Below, in pieces: positions 38,125 through 48,754 of a stretch of 64,000 nt of DNA. The position numbers were made by a program, and so were the translations under genes. The notes beneath the pieces were generated by a model that saw only the letters and a list, made by a program, of their open reading frames with translations, ran no database searches and was not told where the DNA came from. The stretch lies in the NCBI GenBank assembly GCA_009841335.1, contig VXLY01000105.1:4136-68135 (forward strand). The letters run 5' to 3'. Origin of the DNA: Rhodothermaceae bacterium. Lineage in GTDB: Bacteria > Bacteroidota > Rhodothermia > Rhodothermales > Bin80. How positions within the stretch are numbered: position 1 is the first letter of the stretch; each line of letters opens with the position of its first letter.

Positions 38125-39456
38125 ATGGCTCAACGTTTTTTAGTTTCCCGGCGTGATTTTATGCGGACAGGTGTTGTTGGCACCGCCGGACTCGCCATGG
38201 GTTCAGCTCTCCCGACAGTTGTGCCTCCAAGTGATCGTATCACAATTGGCATGATTGGTGCGGGAGCCAGAGCACATCAACTGGTCGAAGCTTTCAAGCG
38301 GTTTCCCGAAGTGGAGATCGTTGCTGCCTGTGACGCTTACACGGGACGCCTGTCTCGAATTAGGGACCGAACGGATCAAAAGGCTGACGTAATGGCGGAC
38401 TACCGGGAAATCATCAACCGCAGCGACATTGACGCGGTTGTGATTTCCAGCCCTGATCACTGGCATTATCGGCACTCTGTTGATTCACTCAATGCAGGCA
38501 AACATGCTTACATAGAAAAGCCGCTCACCTATTCCATTGAGGAAGGGCTGGGCATCATTGAGGCGCAAAAAAAGCACAACCTTGCCGTACAAGTGGGTAG
38601 CCCCGGACCCGGCAGTATACTTGTCCAAAAAGCACGCCAAATGATCCGGGAGGGAAGACTTGGCCAAGTCACCATGGTACGCGCAACCATGAATCGTAAT
38701 ACTGCTTCCGGCGCATGGATATACCCGATACCGCCGGACGCCTCACCTAGAACCGTCGACTGGGATCTATTCCTTGGTTCAGCACCCAAGCGGCCGTACA
38801 GCCCCGAACGCTTCTTCCGCTGGCGCTGTTACAAAGATTACTCAGGCGGCATGTCTACTGATCTCTATGTCCACACTTGCACGAACATAAACTATGTCAT
38901 GGGTGCGCAAATCCCTGAGAGTGTTATGGCTATGGGCGGATTGTATCGCTGGACTCGCTCCCGCGATGTACCCGACACCATTAATGCATCACTGAAGTAC
39001 CGGGAGGGCTTCATGGTGAGTCTGAGCGGGACCTTCAACAATCAGGGTGGCAGTGGTGGTGGTATGCGAATTCTGGGTACGGAAGGCTCGTTGGTGTTTG
39101 GAAGTGGACTGCGCTTTATCCCCGAGCGTGTTAATGAAAGCAATGGCTGGATCACTGACAGCTGGCCAAAGGACTTGGCAGACGCGTATATTGCCGATCC
39201 GGCCGTTCGCCTCGAGGAAATGCCCTCCAGCCGCCCCCAAGCAACTGTGGACGGTGAAGAAGTCTACTACTCCGAAGGACAGTCTTCTATCATTGCTCAT
39301 ATTCAGGAATGGCTGGATGCTATACGAAACGGCAGCGCCACCAAGGAAAACGCAGAGGTAGGACATCATGCCGCCGCATGTGCACACATGATCAACTCCT
39401 CACTGGAAATGGAAAAAGCAGTTCACTGGGATGGACAAAGTTTGACGGCTAGGTAA
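38125..39456 (+). CDS. Gfo/Idh/MocA oxidoreductase with Tat signal
   Basis: SRRDFM Tat motif, IGMIGAGARA, SSPDHWH, YIEKP. Confidence 0.9.
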   Translation: MAQRFLVSRRDFMRTGVVGTAGLAMGSALPTVVPPSDRITIGMIGAGARAHQLVEAFKRFPEVEIVAACDAYTGRLSRIRDRTDQKADVMADYREIINRSDIDAVVISSPDHWHYRHSVDSLNAGKHAYIEKPLTYSIEEGLGIIEAQKKHNLAVQVGSPGPGSILVQKARQMIREGRLGQVTMVRATMNRNTASGAWIYPIPPDASPRTVDWDLFLGSAPKRPYSPERFFRWRCYKDYSGGMSTDLYVHTCTNINYVMGAQIPESVMAMGGLYRWTRSRDVPDTINASLKYREGFMVSLSGTFNNQGGSGGGMRILGTEGSLVFGSGLRFIPERVNESNGWITDSWPKDLADAYIADPAVRLEEMPSSRPQATVDGEEVYYSEGQSSIIAHIQEWLDAIRNGSATKENAEVGHHAAACAHMINSSLEMEKAVHWDGQSLTAR

Positions 39457-39533
39457 CCTGAATTTTCATCACTGCGTTCGGGGGACTTTTCAGTCTATGG
39501 ACAAATCGGGAGATATTAGGAATTCTTGAATAG

Positions 39534-40736
39534 ATGGGAGCAATAATTACGGTTACTACCGGTTGTAGCGGGATCAGCATACCGAGAAAGATCATTCCGA
39601 CCTGGGCATTTAGGGCCTGTGTCACTCTGGTCGCAGCAATGCTTGTGGCACCTGTGCTCTCTGTGGAGGGACAGCAAACTTGTATTGAACGTGATTTACA
39701 GTACCGTCTTGACGGAGATGACCTCCTCTGGAATAATGTAAGGGCCGTGAGTAACGACGATCATAATCTGTTCGTGCTTACGTTGTCCTCTCCGAGGATT
39801 CATCGCTTCGATCTAGCCGACGGTACCCACGTGCGGAGCTGGGGGCAACGCGGCCAAGGCCCCGGCGAATTCCAGTCATCCTCCGGAATTACGTTGGTAG
39901 GTGAGCATGTCTATGCGCTTGACAGCAATCAGGGGCGGTTGCCCATCTTTGAGTTTACGGGCGATTTGGTGCGCACCGTGGCGCTCCGGGAATTCGGAAT
40001 GACTCCCAATTCCGCTGGCTGGCTCGGTAGGGCTGGGGATGATACAGTATTGTTCGGGTTGTCTGTGCCTATGGGCAACGAAAGGAGCATCATCGCACGG
40101 TCGTTTGGGGCCAGCGCCGGCGAGGATCCGATTCACCAAGACACGGTGATCGTCTTCCCCGCACGCACGGCAACATTGCGGCTCACAGCACCAGGAGCAC
40201 CGAGCTTCACCCTTCCGCCTCCGTACTCGCCGGTACCGCGATGGACACCTTTTTCTGGAGACGTGGCGTATTGGTCGGGACTGGATTCAGACATCCAGAT
40301 ATTGGGATTCGATGGCGTCCTAAAGTCTGCGATATCGCTGGCTTTTGATGATCGATTTGAAGTCACCCCGGATGACAGGGAGTTCTGGCTTCAGAACGCC
40401 ATCCCGCAGGAATTCTTGGGGCAGCGGGCATTCGAGCCCTTGAGAGAAAAGGCACGCCGAACCGTCGACTTTCCCAGATACCACCCATTGTTGTTCGCTA
40501 TCTTCGGCGGACCGGATGATCTCTTGTGGGTGCGCCGGACTCCTGACGGACAAGATCAGGTTTGGGACCTCGTAGATATGCAAGGGCAATTTGTCAGCCG
40601 GGTTTCCTTGGCTTCAGGTCAAGCCCTCATGTCCGTGATTCCCGATCAATTGGTGTTGAAGGTAACTGACGAACTCGGAGTCGAGTCAATTGAGGTTCAT
40701 GGGTGCAAATCTCTTCCAACCGGAAAATCCCCCTAA
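39534..40736 (+). CDS. 6-bladed beta-propeller (NHL-like) secreted protein; start uncertain
   Basis: IHRFDLADGTHVRSWGQRGQGPGEFQ...VYALDS; C-terminal LLWVR...WDLVDMQGQFV. Confidence 0.7.
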   Translation: MGAIITVTTGCSGISIPRKIIPTWAFRACVTLVAAMLVAPVLSVEGQQTCIERDLQYRLDGDDLLWNNVRAVSNDDHNLFVLTLSSPRIHRFDLADGTHVRSWGQRGQGPGEFQSSSGITLVGEHVYALDSNQGRLPIFEFTGDLVRTVALREFGMTPNSAGWLGRAGDDTVLFGLSVPMGNERSIIARSFGASAGEDPIHQDTVIVFPARTATLRLTAPGAPSFTLPPPYSPVPRWTPFSGDVAYWSGLDSDIQILGFDGVLKSAISLAFDDRFEVTPDDREFWLQNAIPQEFLGQRAFEPLREKARRTVDFPRYHPLLFAIFGGPDDLLWVRRTPDGQDQVWDLVDMQGQFVSRVSLASGQALMSVIPDQLVLKVTDELGVESIEVHGCKSLPTGKSP

Positions 40737-40948
40737 AGCTTTGGCGTGCCAACTGCGACTTTGCTCCACTCCAGGTAACATGAAATCACCCCCGAACATT
40801 TCCGCCTCACGCTCGTGCACCCCGGTCCCAGCACCGTACCTACTTAACAAACAGAAGCCCCAAAGTTTTAGACATTGACAGGACCTGTGTTCAATGCAAC
40901 GAGGACTGCATGAGTGAATATAGGACAGCTGAAAGACGGTTTACAACA

Positions 40949-41209
40949 ATGAAAAAAGGTGGTCGTGTTTACAATTGGATCCACTTTATCGGATTCATTC
41001 CGATCGCGTTTTTAACTACCGAGTTCGGCAGTTTGGCTGTATCGAGTGATGGACCGGGTATCGGGCTAGCTCCAGTAGAAGAAATTGCAATATTTGTCTT
41101 GGGTATAGCAGCATTTCTGGCGTGGGATAAGTATTTCCCAAAGTTTACTGGTGGAAACGTGAGAAAAATAAATCCCAGCAGGCGTTCTAGCATTGGAGTA
41201 AACGGGTAA
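40949..41209 (+). CDS. Small hypothetical membrane protein
   Basis: Two hydrophobic segments; no family recognised. Confidence 0.35.
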   Translation: MKKGGRVYNWIHFIGFIPIAFLTTEFGSLAVSSDGPGIGLAPVEEIAIFVLGIAAFLAWDKYFPKFTGGNVRKINPSRRSSIGVNG

Positions 41210-41831
41210 ACCCGAATTTCGTCTATTCGCCAGCCCCTCCACGGACTGCATGCGGTGTTCCGCCGCTCCGCCCTCCCGCGGGATTAGGTCAAGTATTAGC
41301 GCTGCGCTTAGCGCGTCCCAGAATCAAACAGCGTTGATCTTAGCCCCGTGTATATTCAGGTTGATATTGCCAGGGTAATTAGATTGATGTTACCGAGCAC
41401 CAGGCTAACTGGTAATTGCGCACAGGCGAGGTCCTACAATTTGAAGTTCAAACCAAACACCTATTTTCCGCGACGTTCCATTTTGAGTTGAACGTTGGGA
41501 ATCCAGCCGACTATTGCGGCCGGAAACTTCTACTCACAATGAAACAATGTCCGCGCAAGGTATCATGATCATATGCGACTCCCGTACAGATACCAACGAA
41601 GTACCACACAGAAGCGCCCGGTGCACGAATAACCCAGAATCTTGGAATTCTCTTCCCTTTACCAGTTGCATCCAACGCCATCATCTACGGAGGCACTCGT
41701 GCTTCCACATCACCCACCGCGCGAGATGGTGACCAATATGCAATAGGGGCCTAGGTAAGACTGACTCAAAACTCGCGCCACAATGATATAGTAGAGCCGG
41801 ACTATCCTGTCCACTCTATCAAAACAGAACA

Positions 41832-42743
41832 CTATTCCATCTCAGCCGCGAGGGTTTCGCGTGCCGCCTCCAATGCCGCCTTAACTTCCAATATACCCTC
41901 CACTTCACGGCCGGCCGGTCCATGCTCAATGCCACAGTACCCGGAGTAACCAGCTGCCAAAACAATCCGCATCATACGCTCATAATCCAGTGGGCTGGAA
42001 TTGCCATCATCGTCATAGACGTTTGGCTTTACACTGACACCAGTTGCATACGGCATCAGTTCTTCTACTCCGCGATAAGAATCATATGTGTTGTCCTCAT
42101 CAATGCGGAAATTCCCGAAGTCTGGAAGCGTACCGGCCCGTGGATGATCCGTCATTCTGATCGTGTCCGCAAGCCATTTTCCACTACTTGAATACCCCCC
42201 ATGATTCTCAATAATGACATGCAAACCATGCTCATCCCCAAAACCGCATAGCTGATGCATCCCATCGGCTACCAGCCTCATTTGCTCGTCATAGTCGCCC
42301 TCACTGTACCCATTCACGCGGATGGAGTGGCACCCCAAATGTTTGGCAGCGGTTACCCATTTAAAATGCCGCTCCACAGACTCCCGCCGTAACTTTGCGT
42401 CCGGGTCACCCAGGCGCCCTTCACGATCACACATGATGAGAATACTCGTCGCACCGACGTCCTCTGCGCGCGCTTTCATTTCGTTCAGGTAATCCATGTC
42501 CTCCGCCTTGTCCATGAAGAACTGGTTAACATACTCCAAGCCCAAAATTCCATTTTCCGCTGCCACGGAAGCGAACTCCAGGTTATCAATCTTTTTGTCA
42601 AAGATTGAGCGATGCAAGGACCACTGAGCGAGCGATATGTCGAACAGCTTTCTCTTTGATCCAGCCCACACCCGAGTGGACAGAGGAAGTGCGGCTGCCG
42701 CCAGCGCGCTTGTTTTCAAGAAATCACGACGAGTTGTAAGCAT
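41832..42743 (-). CDS. Sugar phosphate isomerase/epimerase (TIM barrel) with Tat signal
   Basis: TRRDFLK; ISLAQWSLHR; IIENHGG; TLPDFGNF. Confidence 0.9.
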   Translation of the reverse strand: MLTTRRDFLKTSALAAAALPLSTRVWAGSKRKLFDISLAQWSLHRSIFDKKIDNLEFASVAAENGILGLEYVNQFFMDKAEDMDYLNEMKARAEDVGATSILIMCDREGRLGDPDAKLRRESVERHFKWVTAAKHLGCHSIRVNGYSEGDYDEQMRLVADGMHQLCGFGDEHGLHVIIENHGGYSSSGKWLADTIRMTDHPRAGTLPDFGNFRIDEDNTYDSYRGVEELMPYATGVSVKPNVYDDDGNSSPLDYERMMRIVLAAGYSGYCGIEHGPAGREVEGILEVKAALEAARETLAAEME

Positions 42744-42766
42744 TTTGAATTTGTTTTAACCGATGC

Positions 42767-45610
42767 TCAATATATGAAACCCGCATCTTCAAATCGAATC
42801 CAGTCGAGTTCTGCAGCAGGATCTTCTTCTGCGGACTCGAAGGTAAGCATCAAAGTGATGGTTTCTGGGATGGATGGGATTTCCACTGACACTTCACGCC
42901 AATTATCGTAAGCGCCCTCTGCCAGCAACCCCATACCTGGAAAATCCGGCGGTACCCCGGCTGTGTAATCTGCCTGATGCGGGACGACGGCCTGACCTGT
43001 GTCAGGAGAAATTTTAATACTCGGTAAAACCATCTCACTACCTTCCGCGGAAAGCAAGATTGTTCCCGTTCCCGTCGCTCTGAAGCGGAATGTAAGTCTG
43101 TCAATCCCTTGAAGATTAAGGGGGGTATATGTGAGTCTGGAACCATTCTCGAGCGGCATAGCAGTGAGCGCAGTACGCCCCCAATGCTTACTCGCAGGTC
43201 GAGCAGAATACGTCTTCCGAGCGGATTTCTCAGCGCTGGTCGCGTGTTCCGCCTCTTTTAGGCGTGGATGTAACTTCGCACGCACACAAGAGACATCCAG
43301 ACACGCTTCCACGATCGCAAACCGGTCCGCATAATGCAAATCCGGGTTGTGCGTATAGTCGTGTGTAATCAGGAATTCCCCCTCTGGTCTAGTGTAAGTT
43401 GCCAGTGGGATCGGGGATGTGTCGAACCCTGTATATACGCGAACAATCGCTTCGTCCGCGCGCGCCTGATCGTTCACCGTAACGCGATAGGTATACGTCG
43501 AATCAAAATCAAATACGGCACCATTAGGAGGCCAGTCAAGACTCAATGATCGTGCCGGAGGCATCTCTGGAACCTCCTTCTCTAGCGGACCCGGAGCACC
43601 ATAATATTCCAGCCGTACCAACTGTGCGTTTGCGTTGCTGCCCCAAAATTCGTCTCCCCACTCTATGATGTAGAGCCGGCCATGCGGCCCCATTTCAATG
43701 TCCATTGGCCTGATGTAGTCATTGCCGAGCAGGAAAGGATCAATCTCCAGCACACTCCCGTCTTCATCAATCGTTACAATCTTGATCCAGTTGCGCATCC
43801 ACTCGTAGATCATGACCTTCCCGTTATAGTAGGGGGGAAGCGCCGTGTCAAACGCATTCACCTCGTCAAAATGGAATGTTGGCCCCGCCATTGGATTCAA
43901 GCCTCCAGCACCAAGCTCTGGGTACTCCTCACTGGGTCCATAGTAATACCGAATCCAGGCCGGAATCGCCTCATGAAGTTCGCGTGCACCCGTATTGTAT
44001 TCTGACTCGTTCAGCGGTGCAGCAGCATTTGGCTCCACGTATTCCCTTTCGGCCAGATGATAATGCGGATATGGATCATTGTAGCCCGTGAACAGCGGCC
44101 AGCCATAATAACCTGGCTCCTGTGCCTGATTGAACTCATCCCAACCATCCACAAGCCCCGGACCTACATCTCCCCAGTATACCCAACCTGTAGAGTCATC
44201 AATTGAGATCCTGAAAGGGTTGCGATGCCCCATCGTATAAATCTCGCCGCGATGAAGCGAGTCCGCCTGGAATAAATTGCCTTCCGGGATACTGTACGTT
44301 CCATCTGCTTCTGGCTTGATCCTAAGAATTTTGCCGCGCAAATCGTTTGTGTTGGCAGACGTACGACCCTGGTCTGCCCACCGTCTCAGATCTGGGTCCA
44401 GTGAATTCCGGTCGCCTCCAGAATTGTCCCCCGTGGATAGGTACAGCAACCCATCCTTATCAAACTGCACTGAACCACCGGAATGGCAACACGTGCTGCG
44501 CTGAACAGGAATTTCCAGCATCGGGATTTCGCTATCCATATCAAGCATATGGCCGTCGTAGACAAACCTTGATAACCGGTTGATTTTTTTCGGCCCATCA
44601 GAAATGACCGAATAATAGATGTATACCCATTGGTTGTCGTCAAACTGCGGATCCAGCGCGAGACCGAGAAGACCGTCTTCAATATTCTTATCTACCGGCA
44701 ACCAACCAATCACCCGCATTTCTCCTGTTGCAGGCTCCCATATCTTGATCGAACCTGCCCATTCTATAATAAAGACACGCCCATCAGAGGTAATATCAAT
44801 CTCCATAGGATCGGTCAGTTCGGTGGTGAGAAGCACTTCATCATAAGCTGACGCGAGTGTCGCGGTAACATCAGCCTCCACCAAACCCGCAGCCCATTCA
44901 ATTCCGCCCAACAAATGAGCTCGCATGTATGGCTCAGCATAACTCTCGACCGTATGCCCAAGACCTGTATACCAGGCACGACCACCGTCATAGTGGTGCG
45001 CCCATGAGATAGGATGGTCGTCGCCCATGGTTCCACCCTCGTAGGAGGACTCCTTGATCACGGCCAGCACGTGCACATTGGCCCTCGGATTAGGTTCGTA
45101 GTTGTACCATTCGTCCGTGTGATTCCAGACTAACGGCAGATCTTTTGTGGACGGATGAAGACGGTCGGTGAAGACAATATCCGCCGGCTGAACGGCAGGA
45201 TGGGACGCAAAATATCCGCCTACAAGTCCACCATACCATTCCCAGTCATATTCGGTATCTGCGGCAGCATGAATACCAACCCATCCGCCTCCTGACTGCA
45301 TGTAGTCTACCATCGCTGCTTCCTGCGTTGAGTCAAGGACATCAAGTGTTGTATTTAAGAAAACGATGACCTCATAATGCTCCAAAGAATCCGTGTGGAA
45401 ATAGTCCGAATCCTCGGTTGCGTACACACCAAAACCGTTTCCCGCTCCAAGGGCTCTGATGGCCTCCACACCAGACTCAATAGAATTGTGCCTGAATCCT
45501 TCTGTCTTGGAAAATACCAGCACCTCATAACGGTGCTGCGCCACGGCATCCCGTCCTGTTACAGCAGCGATGACTAATCCGATAAGCCCCGCTGCAAGCA
45601 CTTTATTCAT
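42767..45610 (-). CDS. ThuA domain + glucose/sorbosone dehydrogenase-like propeller + CBM6-like C-terminus
   Basis: Start MNKVLAAG (8-nt overlap with upstream gene). VLVFSKTEGFRHNSI, GWVGIHAA, WYTGLGH (ThuA); CCHSGGS, MGHRNPFR (GSDH). Confidence 0.85.
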   Translation of the reverse strand: MNKVLAAGLIGLVIAAVTGRDAVAQHRYEVLVFSKTEGFRHNSIESGVEAIRALGAGNGFGVYATEDSDYFHTDSLEHYEVIVFLNTTLDVLDSTQEAAMVDYMQSGGGWVGIHAAADTEYDWEWYGGLVGGYFASHPAVQPADIVFTDRLHPSTKDLPLVWNHTDEWYNYEPNPRANVHVLAVIKESSYEGGTMGDDHPISWAHHYDGGRAWYTGLGHTVESYAEPYMRAHLLGGIEWAAGLVEADVTATLASAYDEVLLTTELTDPMEIDITSDGRVFIIEWAGSIKIWEPATGEMRVIGWLPVDKNIEDGLLGLALDPQFDDNQWVYIYYSVISDGPKKINRLSRFVYDGHMLDMDSEIPMLEIPVQRSTCCHSGGSVQFDKDGLLYLSTGDNSGGDRNSLDPDLRRWADQGRTSANTNDLRGKILRIKPEADGTYSIPEGNLFQADSLHRGEIYTMGHRNPFRISIDDSTGWVYWGDVGPGLVDGWDEFNQAQEPGYYGWPLFTGYNDPYPHYHLAEREYVEPNAAAPLNESEYNTGARELHEAIPAWIRYYYGPSEEYPELGAGGLNPMAGPTFHFDEVNAFDTALPPYYNGKVMIYEWMRNWIKIVTIDEDGSVLEIDPFLLGNDYIRPMDIEMGPHGRLYIIEWGDEFWGSNANAQLVRLEYYGAPGPLEKEVPEMPPARSLSLDWPPNGAVFDFDSTYTYRVTVNDQARADEAIVRVYTGFDTSPIPLATYTRPEGEFLITHDYTHNPDLHYADRFAIVEACLDVSCVRAKLHPRLKEAEHATSAEKSARKTYSARPASKHWGRTALTAMPLENGSRLTYTPLNLQGIDRLTFRFRATGTGTILLSAEGSEMVLPSIKISPDTGQAVVPHQADYTAGVPPDFPGMGLLAEGAYDNWREVSVEIPSIPETITLMLTFESAEEDPAAELDWIRFEDAGFIY

Positions 45611-48239
45611 CTCCGTCCAATCGCTTGACACGAATATTGCGGTACCACACGGGCTGGCCATGATCCTGGAGCCCAATATGTCCCTCACGGGCAAATGCGG
45701 TCCCGGGGGTCGGAAACTTGTTCCAAGAACCGTCCGGGTTCTCATGAGGAGTCCGCCATTGTGCAATATCCATATCCACCACACGCTTGCCGTTCAGGCT
45801 CACCTGAATCCGGCTACCCCTGCAAATCAACTGATATGTGTTCCATTCCCCTGGTGGGTTGATGGCATTTTTTGCGGGAGCCTGCAGATCGTAGACCGCG
45901 CCTGCTGTCCCCGTACGGCTCAAGTCTGCTCGTCCATAAGAATTCGCGATCTGCACTTCAAGTCCGGTGTAAACGGGATCCATAATATCACTCGTTCGGA
46001 AAAAGACACCGCTGTTGGTCCCCTCAACTACCTTGAAATCCAATTCCAGTATGAAATCACCATAACGCTCTGAAGTCCATAGATAATCCAGGTTGTGCTC
46101 TTCCCCATCCGGGTTCTCGCGCTTCACGGTGAGTTCCCCATTCTCAACAACAAACTTGTTGTTTTCTCCGGTAAGCCAGCCACCCAGATCTTCGCCATTA
46201 AAGAGTTCTTCCCAGCCTTCGGGGTTCTTGGCCGGATCCTCGATAGCCATTGGCGCATCAAGCTCCCGAATCCAGATGTTACGGAACTGAATGTTTGCAC
46301 TTGTGGGGTTCATTGCACCCCGTGCTTCATCCCATCCTCCATGATGCTGCAACGCAATAGCACCTTTCTCGGGCAGACCAGGAATTTCAGCATTCTCAAT
46401 AACCTGTTCCCCGTTGAGCATGACCCAAATCCGGTTCCCAATCAGAGTTATGTCCATTGAGTTCCACTCGCCCATTGCGTTGTCTGCACGTACGCGCGGA
46501 ACCGCTGCTGCGCGTTGCTCAGGCGTTGCTTCGGGATTGGTGCGCACCCCCCAGAGTTCCCCCGAGCCGACGCCCCAGTTCCATAGGTTCACCTGCTGCG
46601 TCGTGCCGCGCAGAAATATCCCTGAATCCGAATTGGGAGTAGGATTGGTCACCACTTCGCCATCCTCGTCCACCTCATAAGAACCATCTGGAAGTATGTT
46701 TGGCATATCGAATATGCCGCTGGCTCCCTTGAACCTCCAATCAACGTGTAACTGAAAATCCCCGAACTCCTCCTCTGTCCAAAGGCTCTTGTCTTCCGCC
46801 TCGGATAGCGCGTCATAGTCAATCATGTATTCCTTGACCGTCCAGTGTCCTCCGTCTCCTTCGGGCACTTTCCACCCCGAAAAATCCTTTCCATTGAAAA
46901 GTGCGCGATACGCGGGCCATTGGCGCCAAGTCGGATATGTGTAGTAGGGTGGGAGTTCGTTCGCATACTTGGGCTTGGGCGGCGTACCCTGATTGAAAAA
47001 CACATAAAGCCCCGTTTTACCTGCCAAGACAACATCAATGTCTCCGTCTTTATCCATGTCCTTGGCATTAATTTTCATTCCCACGCCGACAACATTGTTG
47101 GGGGGCGGGCTGATACCTCCCTCTTCTGGGTAGTAAGGAACGTGGTTGTATGAGAGTATGTGGCGCTTGAATTCGCCGCCCTTTATATCGTACCAGAATA
47201 CGAAAGAGGGATCCCCTACACCAACATCGCCCCCGTAATGTGCAAACAGGCGTTTGCCCGCAATCAGATCATCCTTACCGTCCCCGTTCAAGTCTGCCAT
47301 AGCCAGAGAATGAAAGACGCTATGATCAGTCTCAATCCAGTGCCTCGTAAATGACCGGTTGCCAGACTCATCCACAGACTGCTCATACCAGGCCAGTCCG
47401 TATGCATGCGCGCTACCGAGAATCACATCATTCATGCCGTCTTCGTTAACATCGTATACAATGTTCGGATGCGCGGTTGCAATAGCATTTTCGAAGAGTG
47501 CACTCCTAAAGTCCCAATCGGCGTGGAATGGCCACGGCCCACGCGGCTCGTCCGGCTGCTCATACCAACCCTGCCCAGTTACAATATCAAGACGACCATC
47601 CATGTTGATATCTCCGAGCGCGTTACCGTGCGTGTCTCCGTCCGTCCCAACGATATGCTCTACCCAGTAGGGAGCCTCATCAATATGCTCAAGCCACGTC
47701 ATGCCCTGTCCTTCGACCAGACTCCAGTGATTAACCAGGATATCTTCATCACCGTCTCCATCTATATCCCCGTGGACAACACCTTCCATATTGAAGGCTT
47801 GGTGGATCTTATGCGATTGCCATTGCTCTCCGGGCTCTAGTGGTCTCCCGGGATTACGATACCAGTAAGCTCCCTTCATGAACATCCACCCACTGCTTAC
47901 GATATCTTCCCATCCGTCAAAATCAACATCCAGCGCAAACTCGCTGTTGCTCTCTGTTTCTGGACCGTTGGGTTCGGCGCCTGATCGATACTCCTCATGT
48001 TTGATCCAAAGTGGAGCTTCATACCAATTCCGGCCGGCTGCGATGTCGTAGTCACCGTCATTGTCAAGATCTGCCACAGAGGCGGTTTCCGAGAAAGGTC
48101 CAAACCAGTAACTGTTCTGGAGCGGATCGTGTACAGGCCCGTCAATCTTAACGGGTATAAAAATGGTCTCCTGAGCCTGTGCATTCACTGCCAGAAGCAA
48201 GCCCAAAAGCATGAGTGTGGTACGAAAGAAATGTGTCAT
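45603..48239 (-). CDS. FG-GAP/VCBS repeat protein fused to two DUF1080 domains
   Basis: Seven DxDxDGxxD repeats, then LFNGKDFSGW...ALQHHG and LFNGEDLGGW...GLQDHG..WYRNI. Confidence 0.85.
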   Translation of the reverse strand: MTHFFRTTLMLLGLLLAVNAQAQETIFIPVKIDGPVHDPLQNSYWFGPFSETASVADLDNDGDYDIAAGRNWYEAPLWIKHEEYRSGAEPNGPETESNSEFALDVDFDGWEDIVSSGWMFMKGAYWYRNPGRPLEPGEQWQSHKIHQAFNMEGVVHGDIDGDGDEDILVNHWSLVEGQGMTWLEHIDEAPYWVEHIVGTDGDTHGNALGDINMDGRLDIVTGQGWYEQPDEPRGPWPFHADWDFRSALFENAIATAHPNIVYDVNEDGMNDVILGSAHAYGLAWYEQSVDESGNRSFTRHWIETDHSVFHSLAMADLNGDGKDDLIAGKRLFAHYGGDVGVGDPSFVFWYDIKGGEFKRHILSYNHVPYYPEEGGISPPPNNVVGVGMKINAKDMDKDGDIDVVLAGKTGLYVFFNQGTPPKPKYANELPPYYTYPTWRQWPAYRALFNGKDFSGWKVPEGDGGHWTVKEYMIDYDALSEAEDKSLWTEEEFGDFQLHVDWRFKGASGIFDMPNILPDGSYEVDEDGEVVTNPTPNSDSGIFLRGTTQQVNLWNWGVGSGELWGVRTNPEATPEQRAAAVPRVRADNAMGEWNSMDITLIGNRIWVMLNGEQVIENAEIPGLPEKGAIALQHHGGWDEARGAMNPTSANIQFRNIWIRELDAPMAIEDPAKNPEGWEELFNGEDLGGWLTGENNKFVVENGELTVKRENPDGEEHNLDYLWTSERYGDFILELDFKVVEGTNSGVFFRTSDIMDPVYTGLEVQIANSYGRADLSRTGTAGAVYDLQAPAKNAINPPGEWNTYQLICRGSRIQVSLNGKRVVDMDIAQWRTPHENPDGSWNKFPTPGTAFAREGHIGLQDHGQPVWYRNIRVKRLDGDE

Positions 48240-48754
48240 GATTCAACAAAATTCGTTTAGCAAACCTAACTGCAGCACCGTTGCGCGCAGTCGAATGTAG
48301 CGGACTTTATCAACCATTCTGCGCTATGCGCCTGAGGTTGATTCCGAAGTATGGCACGCCCCAGCTGAGGACCGTGTCGCTTCCATACTCCTACTTGAAG
48401 TCATCCTATATAATATGTGTTTTTTACCGTTTACCGTCAGCATATCCTTGTCGCGGAGTCAGCGGCCCTCCGATTCGTTGTCCCGCTCCGCAACCCTATC
48501 CAAAAGAGCTCGCACACTGGTGTTACTGCGCCCGTTCTGATCGTCCTGAAGATCCCAAATTGATCACACATTGTATGTGTGGATTGACCCTGCTTGATAC
48601 ATACGAGGAACCTTGGGTATGCAAGAAGAAAATTCAGGCATTACCAATTGCTGCGGACACACACCGCCGCGGTTATCGGGAATGATCTCCCGACCGAAAC
48701 CTGTCCAGTTGACCGAAGCCATGGGCTTTCAGTTTCCGTCAGTCACCGCTGAGG

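Noticed and set aside
41205-41295. Possible integron attC site after the small membrane ORF
   Set aside because: No RYYYAAC/GTTRRRY core pair, and no integrase or cassette array.
48281-48685. 134-aa ORF in the gap between two operons
   Set aside because: No recognisable motif or ribosome-binding site and atypical composition; probably non-coding or decayed.
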